Assembly: GCF_004010195.1 (NCBI RefSeq)
Contig: NC_057752.1
Location: forward strand, 8,279,889-8,343,888
Length of the DNA: 64,000 nucleotides
Reading direction: 5' to 3'
From: Chiloscyllium plagiosum
Lineage: Eukaryota
A program made the translations under genes and the position numbers. Of this stretch, positions 25,560 through 38,531 are shown piece by piece. The notes under the pieces were generated by a model. The model saw nothing but the letters and a program-made list of their open reading frames with translations. It did no database searches and was not told where the DNA came from. Position 1 is the stretch's first letter; every line of letters begins with the position of its first letter.

Positions 25560-26822
25560 TTCACTCATGGGATATGGGCCAGTATTTATTGGCCATCCCT
25601 AGTTGCCCTCAAGTAAGTGGTAATGCGCTGTCTTCTTGAAACACTGCCATCCATGTCCTGTAGGTAGACCCACAATGCAACTAGGAATGGAATTCCAGGA
25701 TTTTGACCCTGTGACACTGAGGGAATGGTGATATATTTTCAAGTCAGGATGGTGAGTGGCTAGGAGGGGAACTTGTGGCTTGTGGCATTCCCATGTATCT
25801 GCTGCCCTTGTCCTTCTAGATGGTAGAGGTCACTAGTTTGGCAGGTATTGTTAAAGGAACCTTAATGTGTTGCTGCATTACATGTTCTAGTTGGTACTCA
25901 GTGCTTCTACTGAATGCCAGTAGTAGAGGGAATGGACACTGGTGGCTATGGTGGGCTGCTTTGTCCTGGATGGTATCAAGCTGCTTGAGTGTTGGTGGAG
26001 CAGCACTCATCCAGGCAAGTGGAGAGTATTCACACTCCTGACTTGTGCCATGTCGATGGTGGAGATTTGGAGAGTCAGGAGGTGAGTTACTCCTGCAGGA
26101 TTCCTAGCTTCTGATCTGTTCTCATAGCCACAGCATTTATATGGCTAGTCCAGTCCAGTTTCTGGTCAATGGTAACCTCCACAGTTCATAGAATTCACAA
26201 ATTTAGTTTTTTATTTGTTCATAGAATTTCTACACTATGGAAACAGACTACTTGGCCCAACAAGTTCACACCGACCCTCTGCAGAGTATCCCACCCAAAT
26301 CCATCCCCTTAACTCTACATTTCCCTTGACCAATGAACCTAGCCTACACATCCCTGAACACTATGGGCAATTTAGCATGCCCAATTCACCTAACCTGCAC
26401 ATCTTTGGATTGTGGGAGGAAACCGGAGCACCCGGAGGAAACCCACGCAAACACAGGGAGAATGTGCAAACTCCACACAGACAGTTGCCCGAGGCTGGAA
26501 TTGAACCCGGGTCCTTGGTGCTGTGAGGCAGCAGTGCTAACCACTGAGCCACAGTGCCGCCCCACATCATTGAACGTCAAGGGACAATGGCTAGATTTTA
26601 TCTTGGTGGCAATGGTCATGTGGTGTGAATGTTACTTGCCTCTTTTAAGCCCAAGCCTGGATATTGTCCAGGTCTTGCTGCATTTGGACATGACTACTTC
26701 AATATCTGAGGAGTGATGATTAGTGCTGAGCATTGTACAATCATCAGCGAACATCTCCACTTCTGACCTTATAATGGACAGCAGGTCATTGATGAAGCAG
26801 CTAAAGATGACTAGGCCCCACA
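25560..26822 (-). mobile_element. CR1/L2-group LINE fragment with a V-SINE inserted (26220-26562)
   Basis: FINDLLSIIRSEVEMFADDCTM and MSAAPPTLKQLDTIQDKAA motifs. Confidence 0.7.
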
Positions 26823-27300
26823 CTTTAGAAAAGCTGTTAAGGCTTTGGAGAGGGTGCAGAAAAGACACACGAGAATAGCTCCAGAGAATAGGTGTTTCAT
26901 TTACATAGATAGATGGGAGAAGATTGGAAAAGAGAAGGCTCGGAGATGATTGCAAAGAGATATTCATAATTATGAGGGCTGTGAACTGTAGCTTAGGTGA
27001 AACTGTACCAAATGGTGGAAGGATCGAGAACTAGAGGACACTGTTTTAAGGTGATTGCCTAAGCAGCAACAACAACGTGAGGAAAAACTTGTGGTTAGGA
27101 AGTAGAATGCACTGCTTGTGAGAATGAAAGGGCAGATGCAATTGTGGTCTTTAAATGAGAATTGGATAATAAACTGGAGACAAAATATTTACAGAGCTAC
27201 TGGGAAGAGGCAGAAGAGTGGGAACTGCAGAGAACAACATGAGCTTTATGGGCCGAGTGACTTCCTTCTGGGCTGCAATCATTTTATGGTTCTATGATTT
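26822..27300 (+). mobile_element. CR1 3' fragment (continuation of the 24430 copy)
   Basis: ALERVQKR...; TTCTATGATT tail. Confidence 0.6.
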
Positions 27301-28051
27301 GCTAAGAGTTATTTAAAATGTTTTTAAAAGTTAAACAATGCGAATTAAACCATTGAACTTTTCTTTGGTCTATTTTTCATAATGTACCATTTACAGCAAA
27401 ATTAAAGATGACTGATAATCTAGCTAGCAATTTGGAAAGGTGTTAAAAGACTTTGGGACAATGATTGCACCACGTCTTGTTAAGCAGCTAGAAGGTGTCA
27501 ACGTTGTCATACTAATTACTATTATGGGTAAGAAGCTCTATAAATAATTGTTCAGTTTAAGACAGATGAAGACAAGCTTGACATAGAGTTTGTTCTTAAT
27601 AAGATGATACAGATTTGTTTCAAATAAATTTTAGAAACATTGCAACATCCCAGAGGTACACAGTGTCAAAAGAAAGGAGGTGTATCCTGCACGGGGTTGG
27701 AAATTGCGAGTACACAACTGTTCCTTAAAGTGCTATAGAGTGTGGAGTGAACCCTAAATAACTCTTCCTTAAGTAATAGAACTTGGCCCAATTATTACAA
27801 ACTGCATACTTAACCAACTTTTAACATTTTGTTAAAAGGAAACATTCATGTTTTGTACAGATTTAAAGGAATTGATTATTTGGGGTTGTGTACACTTTTT
27901 TGAGATTTTTGAAAAGATTATTATGAAATCTTTGGCTTCCAGGTTTTCAAATATTTGTCAATCCTAGAGTCTGATCATAGAATTTCAGCTATTGGCTTTA
28001 TCACATAACCCTTCTCATCTTTGGAAGATTGCGGAATAACACTGCATTTGA

Positions 28052-28250
28052 TAAAAGCAAAATAGTGTGGATGTCGGAATAAAAGCAGAAAACGTTGAAA
28101 GTACTCAGCATTGTCTGTGGAGAGATGCAAACAGAGTTAACATTTGAGGTCATCGTTCTTGTTTAGAAAGGACGTTGATATGAAACTTTAACTCTCTCTA
28201 AAGATGCTACTAGACCTGCAGAGTATTTCCAGCATTTTCTGTTTTGAGTT
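28052..28250. mobile_element. Old palindromic Penelope-derived insert
   Basis: Imperfect inverted arms CAGAAAACGTTGAAAGTACTCAGCA and TGCAGAGTATTTCCAGCATTTTCTG, with a GAAACTTTAACTCT remnant. Confidence 0.5.
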
Positions 28251-28929
28251 GTAACACTACTTTAGACTTTTATTTCAGTTTTTGCTACCAAAAAATATTA
28301 CTAACTAGTAAAGGATCAAGGGTTTAATGACATAAAATATGTTTACTAGAGTTGTTAAGCTTAGCCGGTTCATCAAGTAATGCAGTGTGAAAATAGATTT
28401 TGTTATAACTCTGAAAATTAATTTGCTTCCTAAGATTAGTTTTAATGAGGATATTATGCATTTTCTTTTTAATTCACAAACATTTTGAAGAGTTTCCTGT
28501 TCTGCTCTAAGGGTATCAATGGAAACTGTTCCTTTGTACAACTTATCTCCCACTGTCCCACTGTAAAATACACAAACTATCCTTTACTTTCCACCCAGCA
28601 TTTATCTCCTATTCTAAAATGTTGAGCTCTTGTTGGGGTATAGTTTCACTAGTGCCAACATGCAGGTCCAGTGATGCTGGGATATGGTTTTATGAGCTAT
28701 GTGGTGAGAGCGACAAAAGAAATACATAAATGAGCTGACTTTTCATTATTCAATGAGGCCAGCATATTTGTACATGGGAATAGTCAGTGCTCACAACCCT
28801 GTTTATGGGTCATTCGACCATGGCAGAATTTCAGCCCAGCTGATCTTCATTTACACACTTTCTAATCAACAAGAGCAGAAACTCGTTCTTCTTCTTAAGT
28901 AAAGTCCTGATAATAATAGTTGCGTCTGA

Positions 28930-29050
28930 GTTGGTGACCTTGTGCGATCAGCTAACTCAGCACACACTGGGGGATTTGAACTTGGAATTTTCTGGTCTAT
29001 ACGCCTCAGGACAATGTTAGCCAATGCATTCATCAACAACACCTCCCAGG
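28930..29050 (-). mobile_element. LmeSINE1-like SINE head in the presumed aqp14 3' UTR
   Basis: Minus strand TAGACCAGAAAATTCCAAGTTCAAATCCCC...TGTGCTGAGTTAGCTGATC. Confidence 0.45.
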
Positions 29051-29160
29051 GTGCCAAAACTAATTGTTAATGTTTGTGACAAACTATGTCTCTAGCACAG
29101 ATTCAAAAAGACAACCCAGGCTATCTATATAGGTATGTGGAAAAATAAATAATGTGAACT

Positions 29161-29379
29161 TTAACTGTGATCCTGCACTTTTGCAGTCTGTTTTGCTCGC
29201 ATTGCAGATTGTGTGACTGTCAGTAATGATGAACGGGACACACTGGTGGTTTCCACAATCTCGATATCTTTGCATGTGATACAGGCAATGAGCTTTTCTT
29301 GAGAGGCACTGGAGGCAAAAAAGAACTCATAAGAAATGCCACCAAGGACAGCACCAAGGATAGGACCAATCCAGTACAC
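29161..29379 (-). CDS. aqp14: aqp14 coding exon 5 (TM6 and C-terminus)
   Basis: ttcctgcAG|GTG; VYWIGPILGAVLGGISYEFFF...AKVQDHS then TAA at 29163-29161. Confidence 0.92.
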   Translation of the reverse strand: MYWIGPILGAVLGGISYEFFFASSASQEKLIACITCKDIEIVETTSVSRSSLLTVTQSAMRAKQTAKVQDHS

Positions 29380-29489
29380 CTGCAGGAACAATGAATAGAA
29401 AGTTACAATTAAGAATATGAGCACACAGTGTTTTATTGGGTGGCATATTTGTGCATGAGTTTTGCTACAATGTTTTTTTTGTTTTTTTG

Positions 29490-31190
29490 TTCTTGGGGTG
29501 TGCACATTGCTAGTCTGGCCAGCATTTATTTCCCATCCCTGACTGGCCTGGTGGTGGTGAGCTGCCTTCTTAAACTCTGCAGTCTGGATGGTGTAGAGAC
29601 ACCCACAGTCCTATGAGAAAAGGAGTTCCAGGATTTTGACCACTGAAGGAACGGTGATATATTTCCAAGTCAGAATGGTGAGTGGCTTGGAGGGGAACCT
29701 GCAGGGGCTGGTGGTGTTCCCATGTATCTGCTGCCCTTGTCCTTCTGTTTGGAAGTTGGAAGTGATTGTGGGTTTGCAAAATGCTGTCTAAGGAGCCTTA
29801 GTGAATTACTACAGTGCATCTTACAGATGGTACACACTGCTGCTACTGAGTGTCAATGGTGGAGGGAATGAATATTTAAGGTGCTGGATAGAGTGCCAAT
29901 AAAGTAGGCTACTTTGATTGGATAATGTTGAGCTTTTTGAGTGTCTTTGGAGCTGCAGACATCCAGGCACGCAAGGAGTATTCCCATCATAGTTCTGACT
30001 TGTGCCTTGTAGAAACTGGACAGGCTTTGGAGACTGAGGAGGTGAAATGCTCATCTCAGAATTCCATGCCTAATGTTGTACAAGTCTAGCTTCATTCAGG
30101 TATGAACTACTTCAGTATCTGAGGAGCAGCAAATGGTGAATGTTGTATAGCCATCAGTGAACATCTCTATTTCTGACCTGATGTTGGAGGGAAGGTCATT
30201 GATGAAGCAGCTGAGGTGCTTGGTATCCAACAATTACAACCATTATCCTTTGTACTACACCATAACTCCAACCAGTGGAGAGTCTTCTCCCTGATTTCCA
30301 CTGACTCTAGTTTTGCCAAGACTTCTTGATGCCACACTCTGTCAAGATACTATCTCAATATCAAGGCAGTCATTTTCACTTCATTGCTTGAGTTCAGCTG
30401 TCTATGCTTGGACCAATAAGGAGGTCAGGAAATGAGTGACCCTAGCAGAACCCAAACTGAGCATTGGTGAGCGGGTTTTTGCTGAGTAAATTCTGCTTGA
30501 TAGGATTATTGGTCATACCTTTCTTCACAGCTGATGATTAAGAATAGAATGATGGGGCAGAAATTGGCAGGGTGGAATTGTCCTGTTTTTTGTTTACAGG
30601 ATATGATTGGGGAATTTTCCACATTGCTGGGTAGATGCCAGTGTCGTAGCTGAATTTGAGCAGCTTGATTAGATGCTTGGCTAGTTCTGGAGCACATCTT
30701 CAGGACGAATGCTGGAATGTTGTCAAGGTCCCACAGCCTTGGCTGTATCGAGTGTGTTCTTAATGTAACATAGTGGGGTTGGTTAGCTCAATTGGCTGGA
30801 TGGCTGGTTTGAGATGCATAGTGATACCGATAGCATGGTTCAATTCCTGCACAGGCTGAGGTGACCATGATAGACTCTCCTTCCCAACCTCTTCCTCACC
30901 TGAGGCATGGTGACCTTTATCTTGATCATAAGTAGATTGAATGAAGTTGCCACTTGCGATTCTGGAGATCTCTGCAAGAGGCCAAGCTGGATCATCCAAT
31001 TGGCACTCCTGGCTGAAGCCTGTGACAAATACTTCAGCCTTATCTTTTTCATTGATGTGCTGCACTCCCTCATCATTGAGGATGAAGATATTTATGGAGC
31101 TGCCTCCTCTTGCAGTGAGTTGTTTAATTGCCCACCAACATTCATGACTGGGTGTGATTGGACTGCAGAGTTTAGATCTGATCCATTAGG
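29490..31190 (-). mobile_element. CR1/L2-group LINE fragment in aqp14 intron 4, with a tRNA-type SINE at about 30772-30920
   Basis: Same family as 25560; the 3' end CCAGCATTTATT.CCCATCCCT lies near 29520. Confidence 0.68.
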
Positions 31191-31649
31191 ATCATTTAAT
31201 TTAACTTAACCTAACAGCTTTGATGACACTGAGTAAATGTCACTTTTGAATTGAAGGACAGCTAACAATGAATAGTTCTGAGTTTTTGGTGGTTGCTCAC
31301 TGGGCTTCTGTAAGGGTGAGTATTGCATTTTCAACCAAAAATACAGGAACAGGCATTTCATTAATGACCATGTACAACTGCCACTGAACACCCTGTCAAT
31401 GATAAAGGTCAAATGCCACACTTGCATGGTGATCAGCACCATAAGAACACAAATGTCACATTACTGAAGTTAACCTTCATTGGAGGAATGTTTAAATTGA
31501 TGCCGTTTGTGGGGAATTGATGTGACATTGCTCCAAGTCTTTGTTCCGTAAGCCAACAAGGAGAAATTGACTGTATTTAGCACCTCCATGCACTGAAAAC
31601 TCACCAAAAGAAAATAATACTTCAAAAAAAATGTTCTGGAGTAATAATA

Positions 31650-32293
31650 TATCACAAAGCTAGTCCCTTTTTTTCCTAAAAGCTGTTCCTTGGCTCAAGG
31701 AGACTTAGTCCTTGATTTTTTTCAGAGGAGTAATAAACCAGGCCGGGTTCCGATCAGACTGGTTTGGTACAGAGATGAAAAGGATTTTGAGAGGCCTTTT
31801 GTTTATATGTAAACAGATGAGACTTCAGGCCAAAGTAGCTATGCCTTACAAGTGACCTGTATAAAGAAAGCTCTCTAGCTGAGCTGAGCAGTTTTAGTTC
31901 AGTCTTGAACTGGCTGGAAGTTCAGCAGGAAGCTGTGTGGAAAGTCTCTTTCTCCCTCTCTCTTTCTGCTCTTCAACTTCAACCTATAAGCAGGCGTTCC
32001 ATTTATACTGGTTTTTAAAGGGAGGTTGCTTATTGGGACTGTTGTGTATATTCGGAAAAGCATAATTAAATCTACTTTGATAGGCTGAATTCTGTAGGGG
32101 TTCTTTATTCTGTTCTTTGTGTTTCATTGTGTAATTTTGTGAATAAATTTTTGTCTGTTTTAAAATCTAGTAGTCAACCTAGCTAACTTAATCCTGGTAA
32201 TTTTCACTACACACTTACCGAAACAAATTGCAAAGTTATGGTCTGAGCTGCTTGCTTAAGAATGTTTTGAGTGGTCTGGCCTAGTCCATAACA
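31650..32293 (+). mobile_element. Solo LTR related to the Gmr1-type LTR at 59210-59831
   Basis: Starts T(A)TCACAA and ends CCATAACA; shares TGTTCTTTGTGTTTCATT, TATTGGGACT and TGCTTAA.AATGTTTTGAG blocks; flanks AATA and AGTA. Confidence 0.8.
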
Positions 32294-32826
32294 AGTAACA
32301 AAGTGAAAATAGTAGAGAGAGGAAAACCAGCAATAAACCTGAAGGCAACCTAGGGGAATTTCAATGCAAGCAGTTTTGAAATCAGAAACAGAGTGTTCAC
32401 TACACAAACCTTTATAGGAGAGCAATACTGGAGATTACAACACTTCAATACCTGAGATGACAAACTTGTTACTGTTTTGAACATTTGCCCCATTGCTCAT
32501 TCTGCTACCATATGCCTCATTCTTTTCTCTCTCCAAAAATATATTTAATTACCTCTTAATTATCTTTAATTACCATTCATAGAGTCTGCTTTAATCACCT
32601 TTTTTGGTAACTTATTCCACAACATTATTACCTTTTGGGTGAAAAGGTTTCACCTTGCAAAAGACTGCAGCATATTATTGCCTTTCAGTATTTAATAAAT
32701 ATTGGAGCCTTTAATTGTAATTACCGTGACATTGGCCTCTCAGATAATTTGTACAGAAATCATTATGACTTAGAATACTTAAGTAGGATTTAAATATTAA
32801 TCAATCGAAAGCTGCATCCCCATTCT

Positions 32827-33012
32827 AAGCGATTAAAGACTTCACAGCCATCCAGGTTTGTCTTAATACATCACATCAGTTGTGTGACGCTTTAATCTTT
32901 TACCTATAAATGCTGTGTCCTATGTTTCCTGCCCCACTAGCTACCTGACAAAGGAGCAGCGCTCCGAAAGCTTGTACTTTCAAATAAACCTGTTGGACTA
33001 TAACCTGGTGTT
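32827..33012 (+). mobile_element. Family B Penelope-derived fragment with hammerhead remnant (32942-32976)
   Basis: TAC-CTGACAA-AGGAGCAGCGCTCC-GAAAGCTT-GTA; the core G8 position is mutated. Confidence 0.7.
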
Positions 33013-34222
33013 ATATCAAATTTAACTTAAATATGATGGAAATAAAGTTTTTCCCAAATGTCTGGTGACAGGGAAAACCCAGGTAATACAGAGCTGGGAT
33101 TTAAATTCTTATCTAATTCCAATGCGGTTTAAAAATAATTCTCTCTTCTGACCCATGATGAGGTCCAGTTCCAAGTGTTCTGGTAACCTTCAACTATCTC
33201 ACCTTAGTAGCCTTTCTTAGCAATGTGAAGCCAAACGGTAAGTGCTGACAGATTCTTTCATGATGGTCCTAACAAAATTGAACCAGTTCAGTCCTCACCT
33301 GGTGTCCACACAATTGCATTTATCAATACAGTTCAGTGAATAATGATTAGAAGTGTAAATTCTGAATTATTTTTCTCCTCCTCAGGGGCATTGAGGCAAA
33401 TTCTGGTGGCCCCTCTCCCACTACAAGGCTAAATCATCAACTCCCATGGTGTGTATGGTTCATTACACCACAAGCTTTGCATTTATACCTCTTGAGTAAT
33501 TGAAGTTACATTTCTATCACTTCTGAAATAAATTTAAATCAAACTTAAAATGACACTTTGTTGAGCAATATTCCATCAATATCAGCGAACATTAGGGACT
33601 GAGGGACAGCGAAAGCTAGAGATTGAAACACCAGGTTAAATGTTTTCACCACTAGAACATAACAAGCATGTGGATATGGAACTGATTCGTGTTGCATTCA
33701 ATCGTCCAGATTGCCTGAAGTGTTCTGATATAAACTGTATGTGAACTTCATTAAGGCCCTGATCAGTTTGCAAGTGAACAGTGTTTCTCTAATTGAATTA
33801 TTTGATTTTTTTTGCACCAGGAATACTTTGTGCACTTGATTTATCGTTATAAAATGGGTGACACAGGACAAACATGTCTGGCCCTTGACAAACTGAGTGC
33901 TGTATTTTATTTGCTGTACTTTGCACTATTGCATTTGATTTTCTGAATTTTCCATCCTTGGATTTTTGCCTGCTGCATTTTATTTGCTGTGTTTTCACTT
34001 TTTGCATTTACTTGCTGCATTTTTGCATTTCTGCACTTGCCATTTCTAGATTTTTAATTGCTGCTTTTTGCTTCCATCATTTCTGCTTAAGTGTGGGCAT
34101 TGCTGGCAAAGCCCTTCCCAAGTGGCATTTTTCTCTTTGATAAAAATTCCTTGGTCACTTTAAGAGGGATGTTTATCATCATCCCATGTTGATGTGGGAT
34201 TGGATTGACATAATCATTGAAA

Positions 34223-34912
34223 CATAGAATCCCTACAGTGTCGAAGCAGGCCTTTCAGCCCATTGAGCTGAAAATGTGTTGCTGGAAAAGCGCAGCAGGT
34301 CAGGCAGCATCCAAGGAACAGGAGAATCGACGTTTCGGGCATAAGCCCTTCTTCAGGACCTTCCTTGAAGACAACCTACTGCAAATTCTCTTACAAGGAT
34401 GCCTTCCTTGAAGGAAACCTACTGCGAATCCTCTTACAAGGATGCCTTCCTTGAAGACATCTGCAGTTTTCACTTTCTCCTCGAAGATTTTAACCTACTG
34501 CGAATCCTCTTACAAGGATGCCTTCCTTGAAGAAGCTCTCTTCCTCCCTCTCTCCTGTTCCTTGGATGCTGCCTGACCTGCTGTGCTTTTCCAGCAACAC
34601 ATTTTCAGCTCTGATCTCCAGCATCTGCAGTCCTCACTTTCTCCTTTCAGCCCATTGAGTCCACTAACCCTCCAAAGAGCAGCTCACCCAGACTCATCCT
34701 CTTCACTATCCCTGTAACCCTGCATTTACCATGGCCAATCCACCTAACCTGTGCATCTTTGGACCATGGGAGGAAACCAGGGCACCCAGAGGAAACCCAT
34801 GCAGACATGGGGGAAATGTGCAAGCTCCACACAGACAGTTGCCCAAGGGTAGAATTGAACCCGGGTCCTTGGTGCTGTGAGGCAGCAGTGCTAACCACTG
34901 AGCCACCGTGCT
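34223..34912 (-). mobile_element. V-SINE interrupted by a palindromic family A insert (34268-34642)
   Basis: 17-bp duplication CCTTTCAGCCCATTGAG at 34251-34267 and 34643-34659. Confidence 0.82.
34325..34360 (-). ncRNA. Minimal hammerhead ribozyme motif (family A), sense in aqp14 intron 4
   Basis: GGTC-CTGAAGA-AGGGCTTATGCCC-GAAACGTC-GATT on the minus strand. Confidence 0.6.
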
Positions 34913-35236
34913 TCCCTTATCAGTTAGAAAGACTGAACAGCTGGGGTTTTAGCACAATCTAACAATTTCATGGTTCGTCTTCACTGGTAACAGTCTTTTA
35001 TTTCCAGTTGTTCAAAAATGAATTGAAATTCTCAGACTGCCATGGTGGAATCTGAATTTATGTTTTCCAGATTACTGATTCAGACCCCTAGGTTACTGGT
35101 CCAGTAACAACCACAACTGTAAAATATCCATTACCTAATTCATTTATGATGCACATTTCCCACTTAGACATCATGGGATACAGAAAATCTATCTGATTGC
35201 GTTCAAATACTTGCTCTACCTTAGTAATTGTGGATT

Positions 35237-36055
35237 AGACAATAGACAATAGACAATAGGTGCAGGAGTAGGCCATTCTGCCCTTCGAGCCTGCACCGCC
35301 TTTCAATATGATCATGGCTGATCATTCCTAATCAGTATCCTGTTCCTGCCTTATCTCCATAACCCTTGATTCCACNNNNNNNNNNNNNNNNNNNNNNNNN
35401 NNNNNNNNNNNNNNNNNNNNNNNNNNNNNNNNNNNNNNNNNNNNNNNNNNNNNNNNNNNNNNNNNNNNNNNNNNNNNNNNNNNNNNNNNNNNNNNNNNNN
35501 NNNNNNNNNNNNNNNNNNNNNNNNNNNGACCAGAGCTGCACACAGTACTCCAGGTGTGGTCTCACCAGGGCCCTGTACAGCTGCAGAAGCACCTCTTTGT
35601 TTCTATACTCAATTCCTCTTGTTATGAAGGCCAGCATGTTATTAGCCTTCTTCACTACCTGCTGTCCCTATATTCTTGCCTTCATTGACTGGTGTACAAG
35701 GACACCCAGATCTCTCTGTACTGCCCCTTTACATAACTTGATTCCATTGAGGTAGTAGTCTGCCTTCCTGTTCTTGCTACCAAAGTGATAACCATACATT
35801 TATCCACATTAAACTGCATCTGCCATGCATCTGCCCACTCACCTGACTTGTCCAGGTCACCCTGTAATCTCCTAATATCCTCATCACTTTTCACCCTGCC
35901 ACCCAGCTTTGTATCATCAGCAAATTTGCTAATGTTATTGCTGGTACCATCTTCTATATCATTAACATATATTGTAAAAAGCTGCGGTCCCAGCACGGAT
36001 CCCTGCGGTACCCCACTGGTCACTGCTTGCCATTCCGAAATGGAGCCGTTTATCA
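35237..36055 (-). mobile_element. CR1 LINE RT fragment (contains a gap)
   Basis: [16 protein letters not shown]...KFADDTKLGG...RPHLEYCVQ. Confidence 0.9.
35376..35527. other. Assembly gap (152 N)
   Basis: N run. Confidence 1.
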
Positions 36056-36350
36056 CGAAATTGGAAGCAGCGCCACCCTGAAATAAATATTCAAAACCTA
36101 CTTTTTTGTGCCAAATACATTTCAGAAATAAAGATAAAAAAATCTTTTTTTAACAAGAGCACTTGAGGATGTAGCTAATCACACCAAATTCCTTTAACCA
36201 CCTTTGCCAAGCTTTGCATTTTGCATTCTGCTTGAAAAATGTTATTATTTGTATTAAACATTTGGGCTGCGAAGATCACAAAGCTTCAGTGAAGGCATTT
36301 ACAGATGAAAATGCTGCCATATGAAGTGGGCATTGTAAGCCTTTGTTTAC

Positions 36351-36431
36351 CCAGTGATGCTCCCAGAATCCGGTGATTATCGCTGGTCCAAGAGATCTTG
36401 CAGGATTCAGGCTGCCTCCTGAAATCTTACC
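36351..36431 (-). CDS. aqp14: aqp14 coding exon 4 (second NPA)
   Basis: tttctgtAG|GGT...TGG|GTAAAC; 81 nt; [27 protein letters not shown]. Not in the ORF track. Confidence 0.92.
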
Positions 36432-36577
36432 CTACAGAAAATAAGCACAGAAATCAGTGAGCCCTACTAGTTCCTTGGAGTTAAAGGGAGCACATTACAA
36501 AATTTGCATTCCCCTCCTGGTGCTTTGCCTAGTCCCATGGCTTGTCACAAATTCAGATGCACGTTCTCAGACAGTGT

Positions 36578-36782
36578 GGCAAAAGTGAGGACTGCAGATG
36601 CTGGAGGTCAGAGTCAAGATTAGAGTGGTGCTGGAAAAGCACAGCAAGTCAGGCAGAATCTGAGGAGCAGGAAAATCGACGTTTCGGGCAAAAGCCCTTC
36701 ATCAGGAATGAAAGCAGAGAGTCTCTGGGGTGGAGAGATAAAATTTATCTGTCTTTTCCAGCACCAGTCTAATCTTGACTCA
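36578..36782. mobile_element. Family A palindromic insert in aqp14 intron 3
   Basis: Duplication TTCTCA(G/A)ACAGTGT at 36564-36577 and 36783-36796. Confidence 0.8.
36674..36709 (-). ncRNA. Minimal hammerhead ribozyme motif (family A), sense in aqp14 intron 3
   Basis: ATTC-CTGATGA-AGGGCTTTTGCCC-GAAACGTC-GATT; core intact, stem I weak. Confidence 0.6.
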
Positions 36783-38531
36783 TTCTCAAACAGTGTCTGT
36801 ACATAACAGTTAGCCATTGGAACTGCATGCCTGGAGTCCCTGATATGCACTCTTGCTCTCCCTGATCTGGGCATGAATTAAAATGAAAACTTTATTTCAT
36901 TCAATTTCAGATGATTTCAGTGACAGCGCAGGATAAATCCCAAATTGTTCCTATACTTAAAGGACAAACTCAGTATGCTTAATCACCTTAGAATCCTAAA
37001 TTTTATAAGGGAGTGTCTGTACACTTACTGTTGCTTTTCAAACATCCCTTGCTGCCTTGTTTTAAGTTTTAAAACTGTTGATTAATAGATATTTTTGTTT
37101 GTATGTTTTTGCAGCTTTAGCAGGACAATTTTTGCCATACCACTGTGAGATCTTTCATTTCCTATAATCTATTCTTGTGGCATCCCAGCATATTATGGCC
37201 ATCCTGGAGACAGTTGTGTGTGGTGGACTGACACATATTCAGATCAAGATTGAGATTCTCCAAACTAATTTCACATGAGGCTTGTTGCTGAGCTAGTATT
37301 ATGATTAAGTAAATGTATTGTGTACAAACTTCTTGTAACACACAGAACTCCTGAATGAGAAGTTAGGAATCAAACCAAAACTTCCATCTGTTCAGTCTTG
37401 TACTGTCCTGTGTTTCCAATTAAAATTCACAGCTTATGTGCTGAACCTATATAGGATTTGGCTTCTAAAAGCAGAAATTAATGGAGACTACTTATTACTT
37501 TTATTGTGATCCCAGCCGATATTATAACTGGACAAGTCAGATTCCAGACTGAAAAATGGCTTGATAGATTATATATTTTCTGTTTTAAATGAGGTGGTCC
37601 TTCACTGAAACACACACAGGTGTTGTAGATTTGGTTTAACAATAAAATGCAAGTTTATTATGCAACAGAAATGAAGGCAAAATTGAATAAATCAAACAAT
37701 TTACATGCAACACACATTTAAAGTTTTTGAAGTGTATGATACACTACAATCCCATTAATCCAATGCACTCCTTTATAGTACTCAAACAACACAGAGAGAT
37801 TTCCTTTCTCTATTACACATAGGATTTAGTTGTGGCTTCAGTTTCTGGTCTTGAGCATCTGATTGCCTCTTCCTTGAGCCTTCATACAACCGAGTTTGGA
37901 TCTTCTCAGCTTCAAATAACCCTTTCAAGGTTTTAAATAAGCACTCTGGTCTAGAATATTAGAACTGAATTCCTTACACCAAGGTACCCTATTTCTTAAC
38001 AGTTGTAAACTATCTCCCTTTTTCAGGAGCAAGTCCTTTACACATCCAGACTTCTGCAAACTACCAAAACAGAAACCCAAATGTGTTTTCCAAGCTGTGG
38101 GTGTTTCCTCAAATCAAAAGAAAAAACCCCAACTTTCTAAGCTGAAAGGCTCCTACACAGCTATTTACTTGTATTTGTAAAACAGCTATTTGTAAAAATG
38201 AAGACATAACCCCACCACACACCAGGAGCTCTCTCTCTTTCACTGTTTTTTTGTAAAAGAAATCACCATGGCTACAAAAATACCGACAAGTGATCAGTTG
38301 ACCCTTCCAGGCACACACGCACCAAAACCCACATGCCAGTAACTGAACTCCAAATGAAAATAAATGATATCAAAGTATGTATAAATTACACAGATTACAT
38401 CACACTATTACATTGAAAATTGGTCTAGTGTGTAGTGAGTACTCATTACCGTCTGTCATTCACTATCGAGGAAGCTGTTATGTACAATGCAAACTAACAG
38501 TTTTAATGCAGCGGATATTTGTGTTTCTTAC

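Noticed and set aside
28269..28274. AATAAA (minus strand) as the aqp14 polyadenylation signal
   Set aside because: Plausible at about 890 nt past the stop, but the region is AT-rich with several ATTAAA alternatives; it cannot be chosen without transcripts.
33798..34140. K/Q-rich and F/C-rich ORFs
   Set aside because: Low-complexity TGCATTT-rich tract with no recognisable homology.
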